Shown: positions 8,802-17,394 of the stretch, piece by piece
Position numbering within the stretch: position 1 is the stretch's first letter
Layout: every line of letters begins with the position of its first letter
DNA from: an uncultured Saprospiraceae bacterium
GTDB taxonomy: Bacteria > Bacteroidota > Bacteroidia > Chitinophagales > Saprospiraceae
Direction of reading: 5' to 3'
Assembly (NCBI GenBank): GCA_937867195.1
Contig: CALMKY010000130.1
Coordinates: 1 to 35,206 of the forward strand
DNA: 35,206 nucleotides
Made by a program: the position numbers and the translations under genes
The notes under the pieces: model-generated
Databases searched by the model: none
Told to the model about the DNA's origin: nothing
The model's input: only the letters and a program-made list of their open reading frames with translations

Positions 8802-10271
8802 TTGTCTGAGCTTATTTCTCTTGACCAGGTGACTGTTTTTAAAGAAGGCAGATCAATTATAGATCATCTCTCCCTTAAAATTTATAATGGAAAACATATA
8901 GCCTTGACAGGCGTGACGGGTGCAGGTAAAAGTACTTTACTCGATTTGATAGCAGGCAAAACAATATCCGGTACAGGAACGATTACCAGACCGAAAGACA
9001 TAAAGATTGCTCTGGTACCCCGCGATGGATCATTTAATAAAATCGTGCAAGAATCCTATCAATACTATCAACAGCGATATCAATCGGTGGATAGTGAGAT
9101 AGGACCATCTGTAGTAGAAATCTTCAGAGACCAGGTGATGCCATTGGGTACGATCGATCATAAATCGGTGGAGCTCCATGATTCAAAATACAACGACCTG
9201 CAAATCCTGGATGTGGCAAAAACAATGCACATAGATCATTTATTGGATCGTAAGATGCCTACCCTTTCCAATGGCGAAACACGCAGAGTATGGATTGCCC
9301 TTACTTTGATATCACAGCCTGATGTATTATTGTTAGACAATCCGTTTGCAGGATTGGATAAAGAGAGCAGAGCCTTGCTCAAATCCATTCTTGAAAGTTT
9401 AAAGCATAGATTGACGATGATCCTGGTAGCCCATCACAGAGATTATCCTGATTGTATTGATCAGGAGATCGAATTATTGGATGGTAAGATAAAATCTGTG
9501 AATACCCGACCATTCCCAAGGACTCCCAGTCATGCACATCAACAGATCAACCTTCCCGATTTTCTGCATGCTGACGAATCGATCCGGTACTCTATCATTG
9601 CCTCGCTCAATCAGGTTTCCATCCTATACGGTAGCAAACCCGCTTTAGACAACATTAGTCTTACCATCCGGTCAGGATCAAGATGGTGCATTATCGGTCC
9701 GAATGGCTCAGGAAAAACGACTTTATTAAGTCTACTCACGGCGGATCATCCACAGGCCTATAATAATGATATCGTATTGTTTGATCGACCGCGAGGCAGC
9801 GGAGAAAGCATATGGGATATCAAATCCAAAATCGGATTTGTATCACCCGAGCTTCAATTATATTTTGAAAGAGATCAGTCGATCTGGAAAATCGTAGCTT
9901 CCGGTTTGTTTGATACGATCGGATTGTTTCGCAAAGTAAATGAAGACCAAATCAAGCAAGTGGACCAAATGCTGAATTATATCGGGGTGATCCATCTGCG
10001 TGAACGGCTCTGGTACACGTTGTCCATGGGAGAACAACGATTGGTTTTATTGGCACGCGCGCTGATCAAAAACCCTACTCTGTTGATTTTGGATGAAGCT
10101 TGTCAAAACCTGGACGATCATTTTACCGAATATTTTCTATCGCTCATTGATAGCATTATGGCCGGCACTCAAAAGACATTATTGTATGTCAGTCATATAC
10201 CGACCGAAATTCCTCAATGTATCGATCACACGTTGTATCTGAAGGATGGAAAAATTCTTAAGATAGATTAA
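8802..10271 (+). CDS. Soluble ABC ATPase with two nucleotide-binding domains and no transmembrane domain (ModF-like)
   Basis: Walker A 'GVTGAGKST' and 'GPNGSGKTT'; signatures 'LSNGETRR' and 'LSMGEQRL'; Walker B 'LLLDNP' and 'LILDEA'. The ORF starts with TTG at 8802, right at the beginning of the first NBD. Confidence 0.85.
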   Translation: MSELISLDQVTVFKEGRSIIDHLSLKIYNGKHIALTGVTGAGKSTLLDLIAGKTISGTGTITRPKDIKIALVPRDGSFNKIVQESYQYYQQRYQSVDSEIGPSVVEIFRDQVMPLGTIDHKSVELHDSKYNDLQILDVAKTMHIDHLLDRKMPTLSNGETRRVWIALTLISQPDVLLLDNPFAGLDKESRALLKSILESLKHRLTMILVAHHRDYPDCIDQEIELLDGKIKSVNTRPFPRTPSHAHQQINLPDFLHADESIRYSIIASLNQVSILYGSKPALDNISLTIRSGSRWCIIGPNGSGKTTLLSLLTADHPQAYNNDIVLFDRPRGSGESIWDIKSKIGFVSPELQLYFERDQSIWKIVASGLFDTIGLFRKVNEDQIKQVDQMLNYIGVIHLRERLWYTLSMGEQRLVLLARALIKNPTLLILDEACQNLDDHFTEYFLSLIDSIMAGTQKTLLYVSHIPTEIPQCIDHTLYLKDGKILKID

Positions 10272-11275
10272 AAATCTCCATTGGCTTCCCTGTACATGAC
10301 CGCCAATACGACCTGACCACTGGCTTTGAGCGATTCAGGATCGATGATATTCAATTGATCCGCTGTGGTATGATGATGTGGCGGATATTTATTGGCATCG
10401 GGTCTATTGACAATGTCGATCGCTGGTATATGAGCCAATGAATTAATAAAATAGTGATCATCTACTGTAGGACTTGAGGATTCATTGACATAATAATTAC
10501 CGTATCCCATGCGCTGTGCCTGAGACCATACTTTTTCCACTAATGCAGGAGCATATTGTATCGAAGTACCTTCTTTACTAAATCTCGGTGTCTTAGCTCC
10601 CACCATATCAAGCAGTATTGCATATTTAGCTTGATAACCCGGGACATGTTTATTTTTAGCCCAATATTGAGTTCCAAGGCACCAGGAATTACTGTCTCCT
10701 CCGCTATCTTCTCCCTGGTCTTCCGCATCCGCAAAAAATAAATCGACCCCAATCGGACGGATGGGATTCATCTTTAATTGCCTGGCCAGTTCAAGTAATA
10801 CACCTACTCCACTGGCACCATCATCCGCTCCCATCACCGGATTTTTTTGTTTTGCTTTATCAGGATCCTGATCTGCGATAAATCTTGAATCCCAGTGTGC
10901 CAGCACCAGGATGCGAGGCGCGCCGGAGGGATTATACGATGCGATGATATTTCTTGCATCAAATTTGAGCCCCGTATATGTCTGTCCTGAAAAATTCTGT
11001 TCTGAAACTGTAGCCCCCAATTCTTTGCATTTGGCTATGATCCATTCTCCGCATTTCCGGTGGGCCGGTGTACCGGGAACGCGTGCACCGAAGGACACTT
11101 GTTGCTTGACATATGCATAGGCAGAGTCAGGGTTAAAAGCCGGCACCTTAAGTTTAACTGCGGGAGTACCGGGCTCAGTGGTTGTAATGGGTTTTTTATC
11201 ATTTTTACAAGAGTATAAAACAGATAAAACAAGCCATGCAGATATGAAATACTTGCGCATATGGATCTTTCGCAA
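10268..11275 (-). CDS. M28-family peptidase / glutaminyl-cyclase-like exported protein
   Basis: 'LAHWDSR', 'GADDGASGV' and 'FFADAEDQGE' metal-ligand motifs. Signal with 'VLYSC' lipobox. The start could be the second Met (MRKYF...). Confidence 0.8.
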   Translation of the reverse strand: MRKIHMRKYFISAWLVLSVLYSCKNDKKPITTTEPGTPAVKLKVPAFNPDSAYAYVKQQVSFGARVPGTPAHRKCGEWIIAKCKELGATVSEQNFSGQTYTGLKFDARNIIASYNPSGAPRILVLAHWDSRFIADQDPDKAKQKNPVMGADDGASGVGVLLELARQLKMNPIRPIGVDLFFADAEDQGEDSGGDSNSWCLGTQYWAKNKHVPGYQAKYAILLDMVGAKTPRFSKEGTSIQYAPALVEKVWSQAQRMGYGNYYVNESSSPTVDDHYFINSLAHIPAIDIVNRPDANKYPPHHHTTADQLNIIDPESLKASGQVVLAVMYREANGDF

Positions 11276-11343
11276 AAGTACCTTATTTGAGGGTTATTGC
11301 ATGGAAAGACACAAAGAATGGAAAAATATTTTTATTGACTTAC

Positions 11344-11862
11344 TTACTTTACACCTTTCGCTTCATCCCAACTATGTTGCTCTTTACGAATGTATAGTAT
11401 CTGACCGGTATGGTATGCATTGTGAGTAGCGATGTGAGCGAAATTGGTGGCCCATTTCTTCAGATTAGACTCTGATGCTGTCTGCAATAGTTTTTCGAGT
11501 TGTATCATGACACTATCGATGCGTTTAACACTGGATTCCCAGGTGGTTTTATCAACAGAACTGAAAGTCTCATTATTATCGCCATTGAATGCAGGTGCTT
11601 TTTCGCCTTTCATTTTGGCGAGTTGCTGCAGGTTCCAAAAAATCAGGTGATTGGTTAATTGTGCGATGGAATGATTGCCGCTGCCATCATTCCAGGATGC
11701 CTGATCGGCCGTGAGCCCTTCAATCGATGCATTGATAGGAACAAACCAATCTTTGTTATTGTGGGTGGTTTTTATTTGCTCCAGTAATATACTTCGCAAG
11801 GTCTGAGAATAACCTGCCTGTAATGTTAGAATGGATAAAAGAATCAAGAATGGATTTTTCAT
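11344..11862 (-). CDS. DinB-family protein with N-terminal signal peptide
   Basis: C-terminal 'HNAYHTGQILYIRK' and an earlier 'QLTNHLIFW' His-containing helix typical of DinB/YfiT-like bundles. Signal MKNPFLILLSILTLQAGYS. Confidence 0.7.
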   Translation of the reverse strand: MKNPFLILLSILTLQAGYSQTLRSILLEQIKTTHNNKDWFVPINASIEGLTADQASWNDGSGNHSIAQLTNHLIFWNLQQLAKMKGEKAPAFNGDNNETFSSVDKTTWESSVKRIDSVMIQLEKLLQTASESNLKKWATNFAHIATHNAYHTGQILYIRKEQHSWDEAKGVK

Positions 11863-12039
11863 AAACTAAATAAATTTTGTTACCAAAAGTACTGGAGATT
11901 TTCAAGGAAATCTTGCTCAATGGCCAATTCAAATAGAAAGCATTCAGATCAACCTGAACCGTATAAAAAACCATTTGTATTTCGCGGACCTCCGTATTGT
12001 TTTATCATCATCCTTTTGAAATTGATTAGGATCTTGCGT

Positions 12040-12438
12040 TTAATTTGATAATTCTAATAAAACCGACATGGCTTTCTCAGCATCCTTTTCACCTACGAAA
12101 ATATGGTCGTGATAATTAGCTGCAACCACATTGCAACTTATATCTTTCTTGGACAAAGCGCTGGAAAAAGCAGCTGTCAAGCCAACCGCTTCTAAAGATG
12201 AATGCACCGTCAACGTAATCCATCTGCTGATAAAGGAATAAGGTAAATGCCAACGATCGGCTGTTTCTTTTCCTAGAATGATGGTGATGGCCTCTTCCTC
12301 TTTAAAATACAGGATGATCTCTTCCAAATGGATACCGTGGAGATCCTGTACAGTACAAAATACATATTGACCCGGATGAAGCCTTGGTTTCATAGACTTG
12401 ATAAGCAGATTGAGATTTTTTTCTCCAGGCATATGCAT
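12040..12438 (-). CDS. ACT-domain-like small protein (ACT_7/DUF2241-like)
   Basis: 132 aa. 'GQYVFCTV...' and C-terminal 'ISCNVVAANYHDHIFV' resemble ACT-domain regulatory modules. Recognition is weak. Confidence 0.5.
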   Translation of the reverse strand: MHMPGEKNLNLLIKSMKPRLHPGQYVFCTVQDLHGIHLEEIILYFKEEEAITIILGKETADRWHLPYSFISRWITLTVHSSLEAVGLTAAFSSALSKKDISCNVVAANYHDHIFVGEKDAEKAMSVLLELSN

Positions 12439-12450
12439 AGTTTATATACT

Positions 12451-14118
12451 TTACAATCCAGGTCTGGGTGGTTTTCTTTTTGCATCCGCAGACCTCAAGC
12501 CTTTTGTGTTTATTTTTCTACCATATAATTTTCCATCACTGATAATGTAAAGGCGGTTCATATCAGGATCACCCCAGGCGATATCTGAATTATTAGCGGA
12601 AGGAGTTGGCAAGATCATATTCACGCGACCGAGTTGATCGGTGATTTGCACGCCCATATTGGTAGCGGTATATAAACTATTGGCGGTATCCACGACTCCA
12701 CCCTGTGCATTTGCCGTCGTTTTTCCATCGGGGATATGATAGTGGATAAATTCCTGATCGTTGCTGAGGCTTCCGTCCATATTGATTTCTACAGAATGAC
12801 CTTTGGTGTGGTCGGACATCGATACATTAATAAATGAATGTTCAGCATTAATACACAATGCATTTACCGTATGATCCGTATGCATCCAGGATACCTTTTT
12901 TGTAGTATACTCCAGGTAACCGATAGCATTGCGTTTGGTAAAGTACAATCCTTTGTTGTCGGATTCCAGTCGATCCGAGACCGTCTTATCTACGAATACT
13001 GTTGATTTAGTACCATCGAAAGCAATTATTTGATTCCGGGTCTCATCACTCAATATCAATCGATCGTGATCGTCTGTTTCGATGGCAGCGTATTTATTAT
13101 TGATTCCACTGAGTTTAGACACAGCTTCTCCTTGTAGTTTCCACACCCCATTCTCCTGATTACTTATAAAATACACTTCGCCTTGACTATTGGTTGCCAA
13201 TCTTGAAATACCCTGGATTGAGGTTTTGATTTCTTTCCATCCATCCTGGTTATTGACCAAACGCATTCCCTTATATTTATCCATATGGGTCGAAATCCTG
13301 GTAGGATAACCTTCGTACAGCCAGATGAGCGCATCTTTAATAATCGTCAGAGCATGACGGTTACTATGCTCACCCTCACCCCAAGCATGATTGACTTCAT
13401 AGCCTGCCCATGTCAGCGCAGAAAACATCTGTTGATTTGCAATATACCAATCGCCCGCATAGATATTGAGATCACGAAAGCCGTCTTCAAGAAAAACCCT
13501 CAACGGCTTTGGTTCGGTCTTGCGTACCAGGGTATGAAATTGATCAGCACCTCTTAATCCTACGTAGGTACCAATGGTACTCAAGACTCTTCTGAATGCA
13601 TCGGGTCTTTCCCAGGCAGCATTGAATGCACAGATCGCCCCGCTGCTCGCACCTGCCAGTGCCCGATCATTGGGATCATCACTTATATTGTATGATTTTT
13701 TTATTTCCGGCAGAATTTCTTCTATCAGGAACCTTGCATATCGATCACCTAAACCATCGTATTCAAAGCTACGATTAAAGCGGGGATAATCTACAGTATC
13801 TTGAGAAGGGACTTTGCCATGATCAATATAGATTCCGATAATAGGAGGTATTTTACCTTCTGCAATTAAGGTATCCAGGTACTCAGACAGGTGCCAGCCA
13901 TTGGCGCGACTCAAGCCATCCTGGACAATCATGCAATTGGCAGGCTTGGATGCATCGTATTGGGCTGGTACATACATCCAATAGTTGCGCTCTGTACCGG
14001 GATATATCGTACTGTAAAATTTAAATGGGCCTTTTATCTGTCCTTTGGGTATTTGAGATAAAACCTGCACGATTGAAAACAAGACAATGCTTACCGTGAG
14101 TCTAAGTTTCTGTTTCAT
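12451..14118 (-). CDS. Exported esterase (enterochelin-esterase-like alpha/beta hydrolase) fused to a C-terminal beta-propeller-like (SMP-30/gluconolactonase-like) region
   Basis: Signal peptide, 'YWMYVPAQYD' and nucleophile elbow 'AGASSGA' (GxSxG). The C-terminal ~270 aa have repetitive beta-strand character. Confidence 0.72.
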   Translation of the reverse strand: MKQKLRLTVSIVLFSIVQVLSQIPKGQIKGPFKFYSTIYPGTERNYWMYVPAQYDASKPANCMIVQDGLSRANGWHLSEYLDTLIAEGKIPPIIGIYIDHGKVPSQDTVDYPRFNRSFEYDGLGDRYARFLIEEILPEIKKSYNISDDPNDRALAGASSGAICAFNAAWERPDAFRRVLSTIGTYVGLRGADQFHTLVRKTEPKPLRVFLEDGFRDLNIYAGDWYIANQQMFSALTWAGYEVNHAWGEGEHSNRHALTIIKDALIWLYEGYPTRISTHMDKYKGMRLVNNQDGWKEIKTSIQGISRLATNSQGEVYFISNQENGVWKLQGEAVSKLSGINNKYAAIETDDHDRLILSDETRNQIIAFDGTKSTVFVDKTVSDRLESDNKGLYFTKRNAIGYLEYTTKKVSWMHTDHTVNALCINAEHSFINVSMSDHTKGHSVEINMDGSLSNDQEFIHYHIPDGKTTANAQGGVVDTANSLYTATNMGVQITDQLGRVNMILPTPSANNSDIAWGDPDMNRLYIISDGKLYGRKINTKGLRSADAKRKPPRPGL

Positions 14119-14308
14119 AATCTAAATGTAATTATCCTGGCTCGGTATACCAACAATTCAAGTATTATTGAATGGAGTGGTCAAACAATTTACATTATAA
14201 ATTCCTGTTTGAAGCAAGCAACGCTTCATCTGCGCATAAATGTAGCTTTCATTGTAAGTGTATGGTTGACACCCGATTTCAAATACAAGCAGTTTACTAC
14301 TTCGGGAT

Positions 14309-14818
14309 TCACTGTATATCCCGGATGATTTCTATAGCATCACCCAGTCTGATCAAACCGGGATCAATCACTTTACAGGTAATGCCTCCATGGCCACGCA
14401 TTGCATTGAATCCACCATGACCGAGGTTTTCTTCCATACGACTGCAGGGATAACAAAGATCGGTCGTTTCTAAAATTGCATCTCCTATTTTAAATTTTTT
14501 TCCTTTCAACGCATGGAGGTTAATTCCTTTCACCACGATATTTCTTCTAATCAGGGCCGGATCTATCTCTGATATCCCAAGAAAGGAAGCTACTGACTGC
14601 AGGTGCTCATATTGAACTAAGGTTACTTGTCTTTTTGACTCGGGATTGGCTCTATGATATCGATCTCCCTGAAGACCGCCGATTTCAGCATGGATTTCAC
14701 GGTGAATGTTCATGGGTGCGCGGGATTTAGATTTGGTACCGATCCATACTACGGCACCAGCATGTTTAAAATTATTAAACAGAGCCAGGTAAGGTTTTTC
14801 TTCGTTTATAATTTGCAT
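14309..14818 (-). CDS. MOSC domain-containing protein
   Basis: 'GDRY', 'RQVTLVQYEHL', 'NIVVKGINL' and 'GDAILETTDLCYPCSRM' (conserved Cys) fit the MOSC beta-barrel family. Confidence 0.82.
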   Translation of the reverse strand: MQIINEEKPYLALFNNFKHAGAVVWIGTKSKSRAPMNIHREIHAEIGGLQGDRYHRANPESKRQVTLVQYEHLQSVASFLGISEIDPALIRRNIVVKGINLHALKGKKFKIGDAILETTDLCYPCSRMEENLGHGGFNAMRGHGGITCKVIDPGLIRLGDAIEIIRDIQ

Positions 14819-14832
14819 CCGGTAAATTTTAA

Positions 14833-15276
14833 TTATTCAATCTGCCAAATCAATTCTGTCACCAGTTTGGTTTCATCAGGCTGCCAATGGCCATATATTT
14901 CCACCATAGGGATATGGTGCTGAATGCCCCTTGAGTCCAATTCCTGTGCCATTTGGGTATAGGCTTCGCTGATCAGGGAATAGGATCCAATGTGTTTGTA
15001 ATATGCATACTTGGTGAATTCCACATATTTAAATTCCAATCCGTTAAGATGCTGCAAAGGTGTTTTCATTTCTACTGCTGTCATCATGATCTGATCCGGG
15101 AGATAAGCCCAGATATTGATTCCCTTATGTGGATAGCTATGCAATTTGATTTCATTCCAAAGTCGATCCATCATTTTTCGGCCGGTCACGGCATAACTGT
15201 GTTCCGTAACTTTTTGTGCAATACCGTATAAATCAAAATGGATTGGCTGGTGGTGAATTTCAATTTCCATGCGCAT
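14833..15276 (-). CDS. GyrI-like small-molecule-binding domain protein
   Basis: About 147 aa starting at ATG 15276 (MRMEIEIHHQP...). 'KYAYYKHIGSY' and 'EIYGHW' are typical of GyrI/SOUL-like effector-binding domains. The ORF-track start at 15309 is a TTG extension. Confidence 0.65.
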   Translation of the reverse strand: MRMEIEIHHQPIHFDLYGIAQKVTEHSYAVTGRKMMDRLWNEIKLHSYPHKGINIWAYLPDQIMMTAVEMKTPLQHLNGLEFKYVEFTKYAYYKHIGSYSLISEAYTQMAQELDSRGIQHHIPMVEIYGHWQPDETKLVTELIWQIE

Positions 15277-15471
15277 TGTTTTAAAAATCGAAATTAAAAA
15301 ATTTATCAAGGAGTTGAATGGATTTACGAAATGGAAATAAAAATGAATTGGAAAAACCTAGCCTGTTTTCAGATGAATTTCCTGATATAGGATAAAAAAA
15401 AACTAATAAATTCCATAATGAAAAAAAATCAATTTTCATAGGGAAAAATGCGATATATTAAAAAAATAATA

Positions 15472-15479
15472 TATATTTG
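15472..15479 (+). promoter_or_regulatory. Bacteroidota-type -7 promoter box (TATATTTG = TAnnTTTG) upstream of the SWIB gene
   Basis: Exact match to TAnnTTTG, 74 nt upstream of ATG 15553, within an A-tract-rich intergenic region. No clean -33 TTTG was found at canonical spacing. Confidence 0.4.
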
Positions 15480-15552
15480 CCGCGGGTTCCATTATATCCC
15501 AGAGATTAAGGACTCAATTGAAAACTATCTTTTTAAATAAAAACTTTAAAAC

Positions 15553-15975
15553 ATGGCAACAGCTAAAAAGAAGCCTGCAGCAAAACCTGCAGCAAAAAAA
15601 GCAGCATCTAAGCCTGCTAAAAAAGCAGCTGCAAAACCTGCAGCTAAAAAAGCAGCAAAACCTGCAGCAAAAAAGGCAGCTAAACCCGTAGCAAAGAAAG
15701 CCGCTAAACCTGCTAAAAAAGCTGCACGTAAACCAAATGCAGCCTTCATGAAAGCACTTACTCCAAGTGCTACTCTGGCAGCCGTCATCGGTAACAAAGC
15801 CGTTCCTCGTACCCAGGCGGTAAAGAAAATTTGGGATTACATCAAAGCGAATAAATGTCAAGACGCTAAAAATAAGCGTATGATCAATGCCGATGACAAA
15901 TTAAAACCTCTCTTTGGCAAACCACAAATCTCCATGTTTGATATGGCGAAGATCTTATCAAAGCACTTAAGCTAA
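15553..15975 (+). CDS. SWIB/MDM2-domain protein with a histone-H1-like Ala/Lys/Pro repeat N-terminal tail
   Basis: aa 2-61 are almost only A/K/P (AAKPAAKK-type repeats). aa 62-140, 'LTPSATLAAVIGNKAVPRTQAVKKIWDYIKANKCQD...RMINADDKLKPLFG', is a classic SWIB domain. Confidence 0.9.
   Translation: MATAKKKPAAKPAAKKAASKPAKKAAAKPAAKKAAKPAAKKAAKPVAKKAAKPAKKAARKPNAAFMKALTPSATLAAVIGNKAVPRTQAVKKIWDYIKANKCQDAKNKRMINADDKLKPLFGKPQISMFDMAKILSKHLS
15556..15735 (+). repeat. Imperfect in-frame tandem repeats (about 24-nt units, aaa cct gca gc(a/t) aaa aa(a/g) gca gc(a/t)) encoding the KA-rich tail
   Basis: Read directly from the sequence. The repeats generate long spurious ORFs in other frames and on the other strand. 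Confidence 0.85.
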
Positions 15976-16004
15976 TCACTAATAGAAAATATTAACTTAA
16001 TCAG

Positions 16005-16036
16005 AAGGCTGTCTACATACTAGATAGCCTTTTTTA
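16005..16036 (+). terminator. Rho-independent terminator of the SWIB gene
   Basis: AAGGCTGTCTA-CATAC-TAGATAGCCTT forms an 11-bp stem (one G.U) with a 5-nt loop and runs into a TTTTTT tract. Confidence 0.7.
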
Positions 16037-16065
16037 ATTTATAATTTTACCTCTTTTGTTTCAAA

Positions 16066-16980
16066 TTAAAAAATGGAAACAAACTTACTAGTGCGGACTG
16101 TACAGCATTGCAATGAAGACAGATTAGAGTCCGTCCGCGAAGGTGTATTCATCAAGTTGCCAGTATCGTCCGTATGAGCCAAATCTCCAGCATGTCCCAT
16201 CTCATGAGCTAATGTATCGACGGCTCCGCTACTGGCAATGAGTATATAAGATTCCATCGGCATGAAACAGCCTCTTTTACCCCCATCGATCGTATCGACC
16301 CAAATCGCACGTAATGTTTTCATCGGCCATACTAGCCCGGATGGAAATCGAAGACATTTAATCGAATCCAAAAAACCGCCGTTACAGCAAGCTAGTTGAT
16401 TTAATTCCATTCGATCTCCATGAAAATAAGCACCGGCATCACAAGCGGAAACCTGTAATAGATGAGATGTTTCCGGTTTTATAACAATCGGTGATGCAAG
16501 TACATTGATATTACATTCTTCCTTATAAATCTTAATTGCAGTATCAATTTGCCTTTGAATCGTAGCAATCGGCACTATTGGCTTTCCTTCATTAGTAGTA
16601 AGGACCATGGGACAAATTCTAAAATTTTTATTATATCCCTTTATTCCTATCAAACACCCCAGCCATTCTGGAAAGGTAAGGATTCTATTTACCAGCCACT
16701 CAAGGAATCCAATGGTGTGACTTATGATCCAGTCTATTATGGATATTACTTCACATACAACTTTGGTTATCCAACTAATCACAGTAATCAATACCCATAT
16801 GGTAGTGCATATTACTTCTGTAATCACTCTTGAAATAGCATTGCATAAATCATCCAGGGGCCAGGGCATCCAACTGCATATTGTTTCAGTAATGGTGCGG
16901 GAAACATTTTTGCATTCTTGCCGTGCTTCTTGTCGGGTCTCCTCAATTTTTTCTTGAATTGTTTTGCATATTTGAGGCAT
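16066..16980 (-). CDS. Cys-rich metzincin-like zinc metalloprotease homolog with an unrecognised hydrophobic N-terminal module and no cleavable signal peptide
   Basis: HEMGHAGDLAH (16174..16206) followed by 'GNLMN' as a candidate Met-turn. 16 Cys in total. aa 1-125 are I/V/T/W-rich with periodic Cys/Trp. Confidence 0.72.
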   Translation of the reverse strand: MPQICKTIQEKIEETRQEARQECKNVSRTITETICSWMPWPLDDLCNAISRVITEVICTTIWVLITVISWITKVVCEVISIIDWIISHTIGFLEWLVNRILTFPEWLGCLIGIKGYNKNFRICPMVLTTNEGKPIVPIATIQRQIDTAIKIYKEECNINVLASPIVIKPETSHLLQVSACDAGAYFHGDRMELNQLACCNGGFLDSIKCLRFPSGLVWPMKTLRAIWVDTIDGGKRGCFMPMESYILIASSGAVDTLAHEMGHAGDLAHTDDTGNLMNTPSRTDSNLSSLQCCTVRTSKFVSIF

Positions 16981-16992
16981 CGTATTATAGGT

Positions 16993-17394
16993 TTAAATGT
17001 TAGGTAATAATTTATTCCGAGTCTCCAATACCAAATCCGTCAGCCTAGTTCTAGCTCTGAGTAAGGCATAGATTTTGCTTATAAGCATAGTGATCAATGC
17101 AATTAAAAAATACAGACCAATCGTCCTGCCGATTCCTACTATTTTTATCGAAATGACTCCGGTGGCTAATAAGGTGATAAAAATAATTAACGTGAATATT
17201 CCGGCAACTTTTCCTTCCCCACATCCACAAACACCATAATATTTTTTGACTTTGTCCTCAATCATTTTATTCTCCTGGATAGTCAAGTTGTCAATCTGAA
17301 CCGAAACTTCATATTTCTTGATGCCCCAAATGTTTATTTCTTTGGAAATTTTTTGTAGTTCAGATACATTATGAATTATAAGTTCCTGTTTCAT
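16993..17394 (-). CDS. Small membrane protein: ~55-aa soluble N-domain, CGCGEG motif, two TM helices
   Basis: ATG at 17394 (MKQELIIHNV...). TM candidates are 'VAGIFTLIIFITLLATGVISI' and 'IGLYFLIALITMLISKIYALL'. It lies 12 nt upstream of the metzincin gene. The ORF track extends to TTG 17559 (188 aa), so the start is unresolved. Confidence 0.55.
   Translation of the reverse strand: MKQELIIHNVSELQKISKEINIWGIKKYEVSVQIDNLTIQENKMIEDKVKKYYGVCGCGEGKVAGIFTLIIFITLLATGVISIKIVGIGRTIGLYFLIALITMLISKIYALLRARTRLTDLVLETRNKLLPNI

Noticed and set aside
14172-14420. 82-aa + strand ORF in the esterase-MOSC spacer, overlapping the MOSC gene 3' end
   Set aside because: It overlaps the well-supported MOSC CDS on the opposite strand. 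It has no recognisable motif and a low-complexity, unprotein-like composition.
15514-15861. Two long minus-strand ORFs (115 aa, Cys/Phe-rich; 83 aa, Ala/Phe/Gly-rich at 15546..15797) overlapping the SWIB gene
   Set aside because: They are reverse-complement shadows of the GCN/AAR-rich KA repeat (AAKK read backwards gives FFAA/CCFF). The + strand frame continues into a bona fide SWIB domain, has a promoter box and a terminator. Both were rejected as coding.
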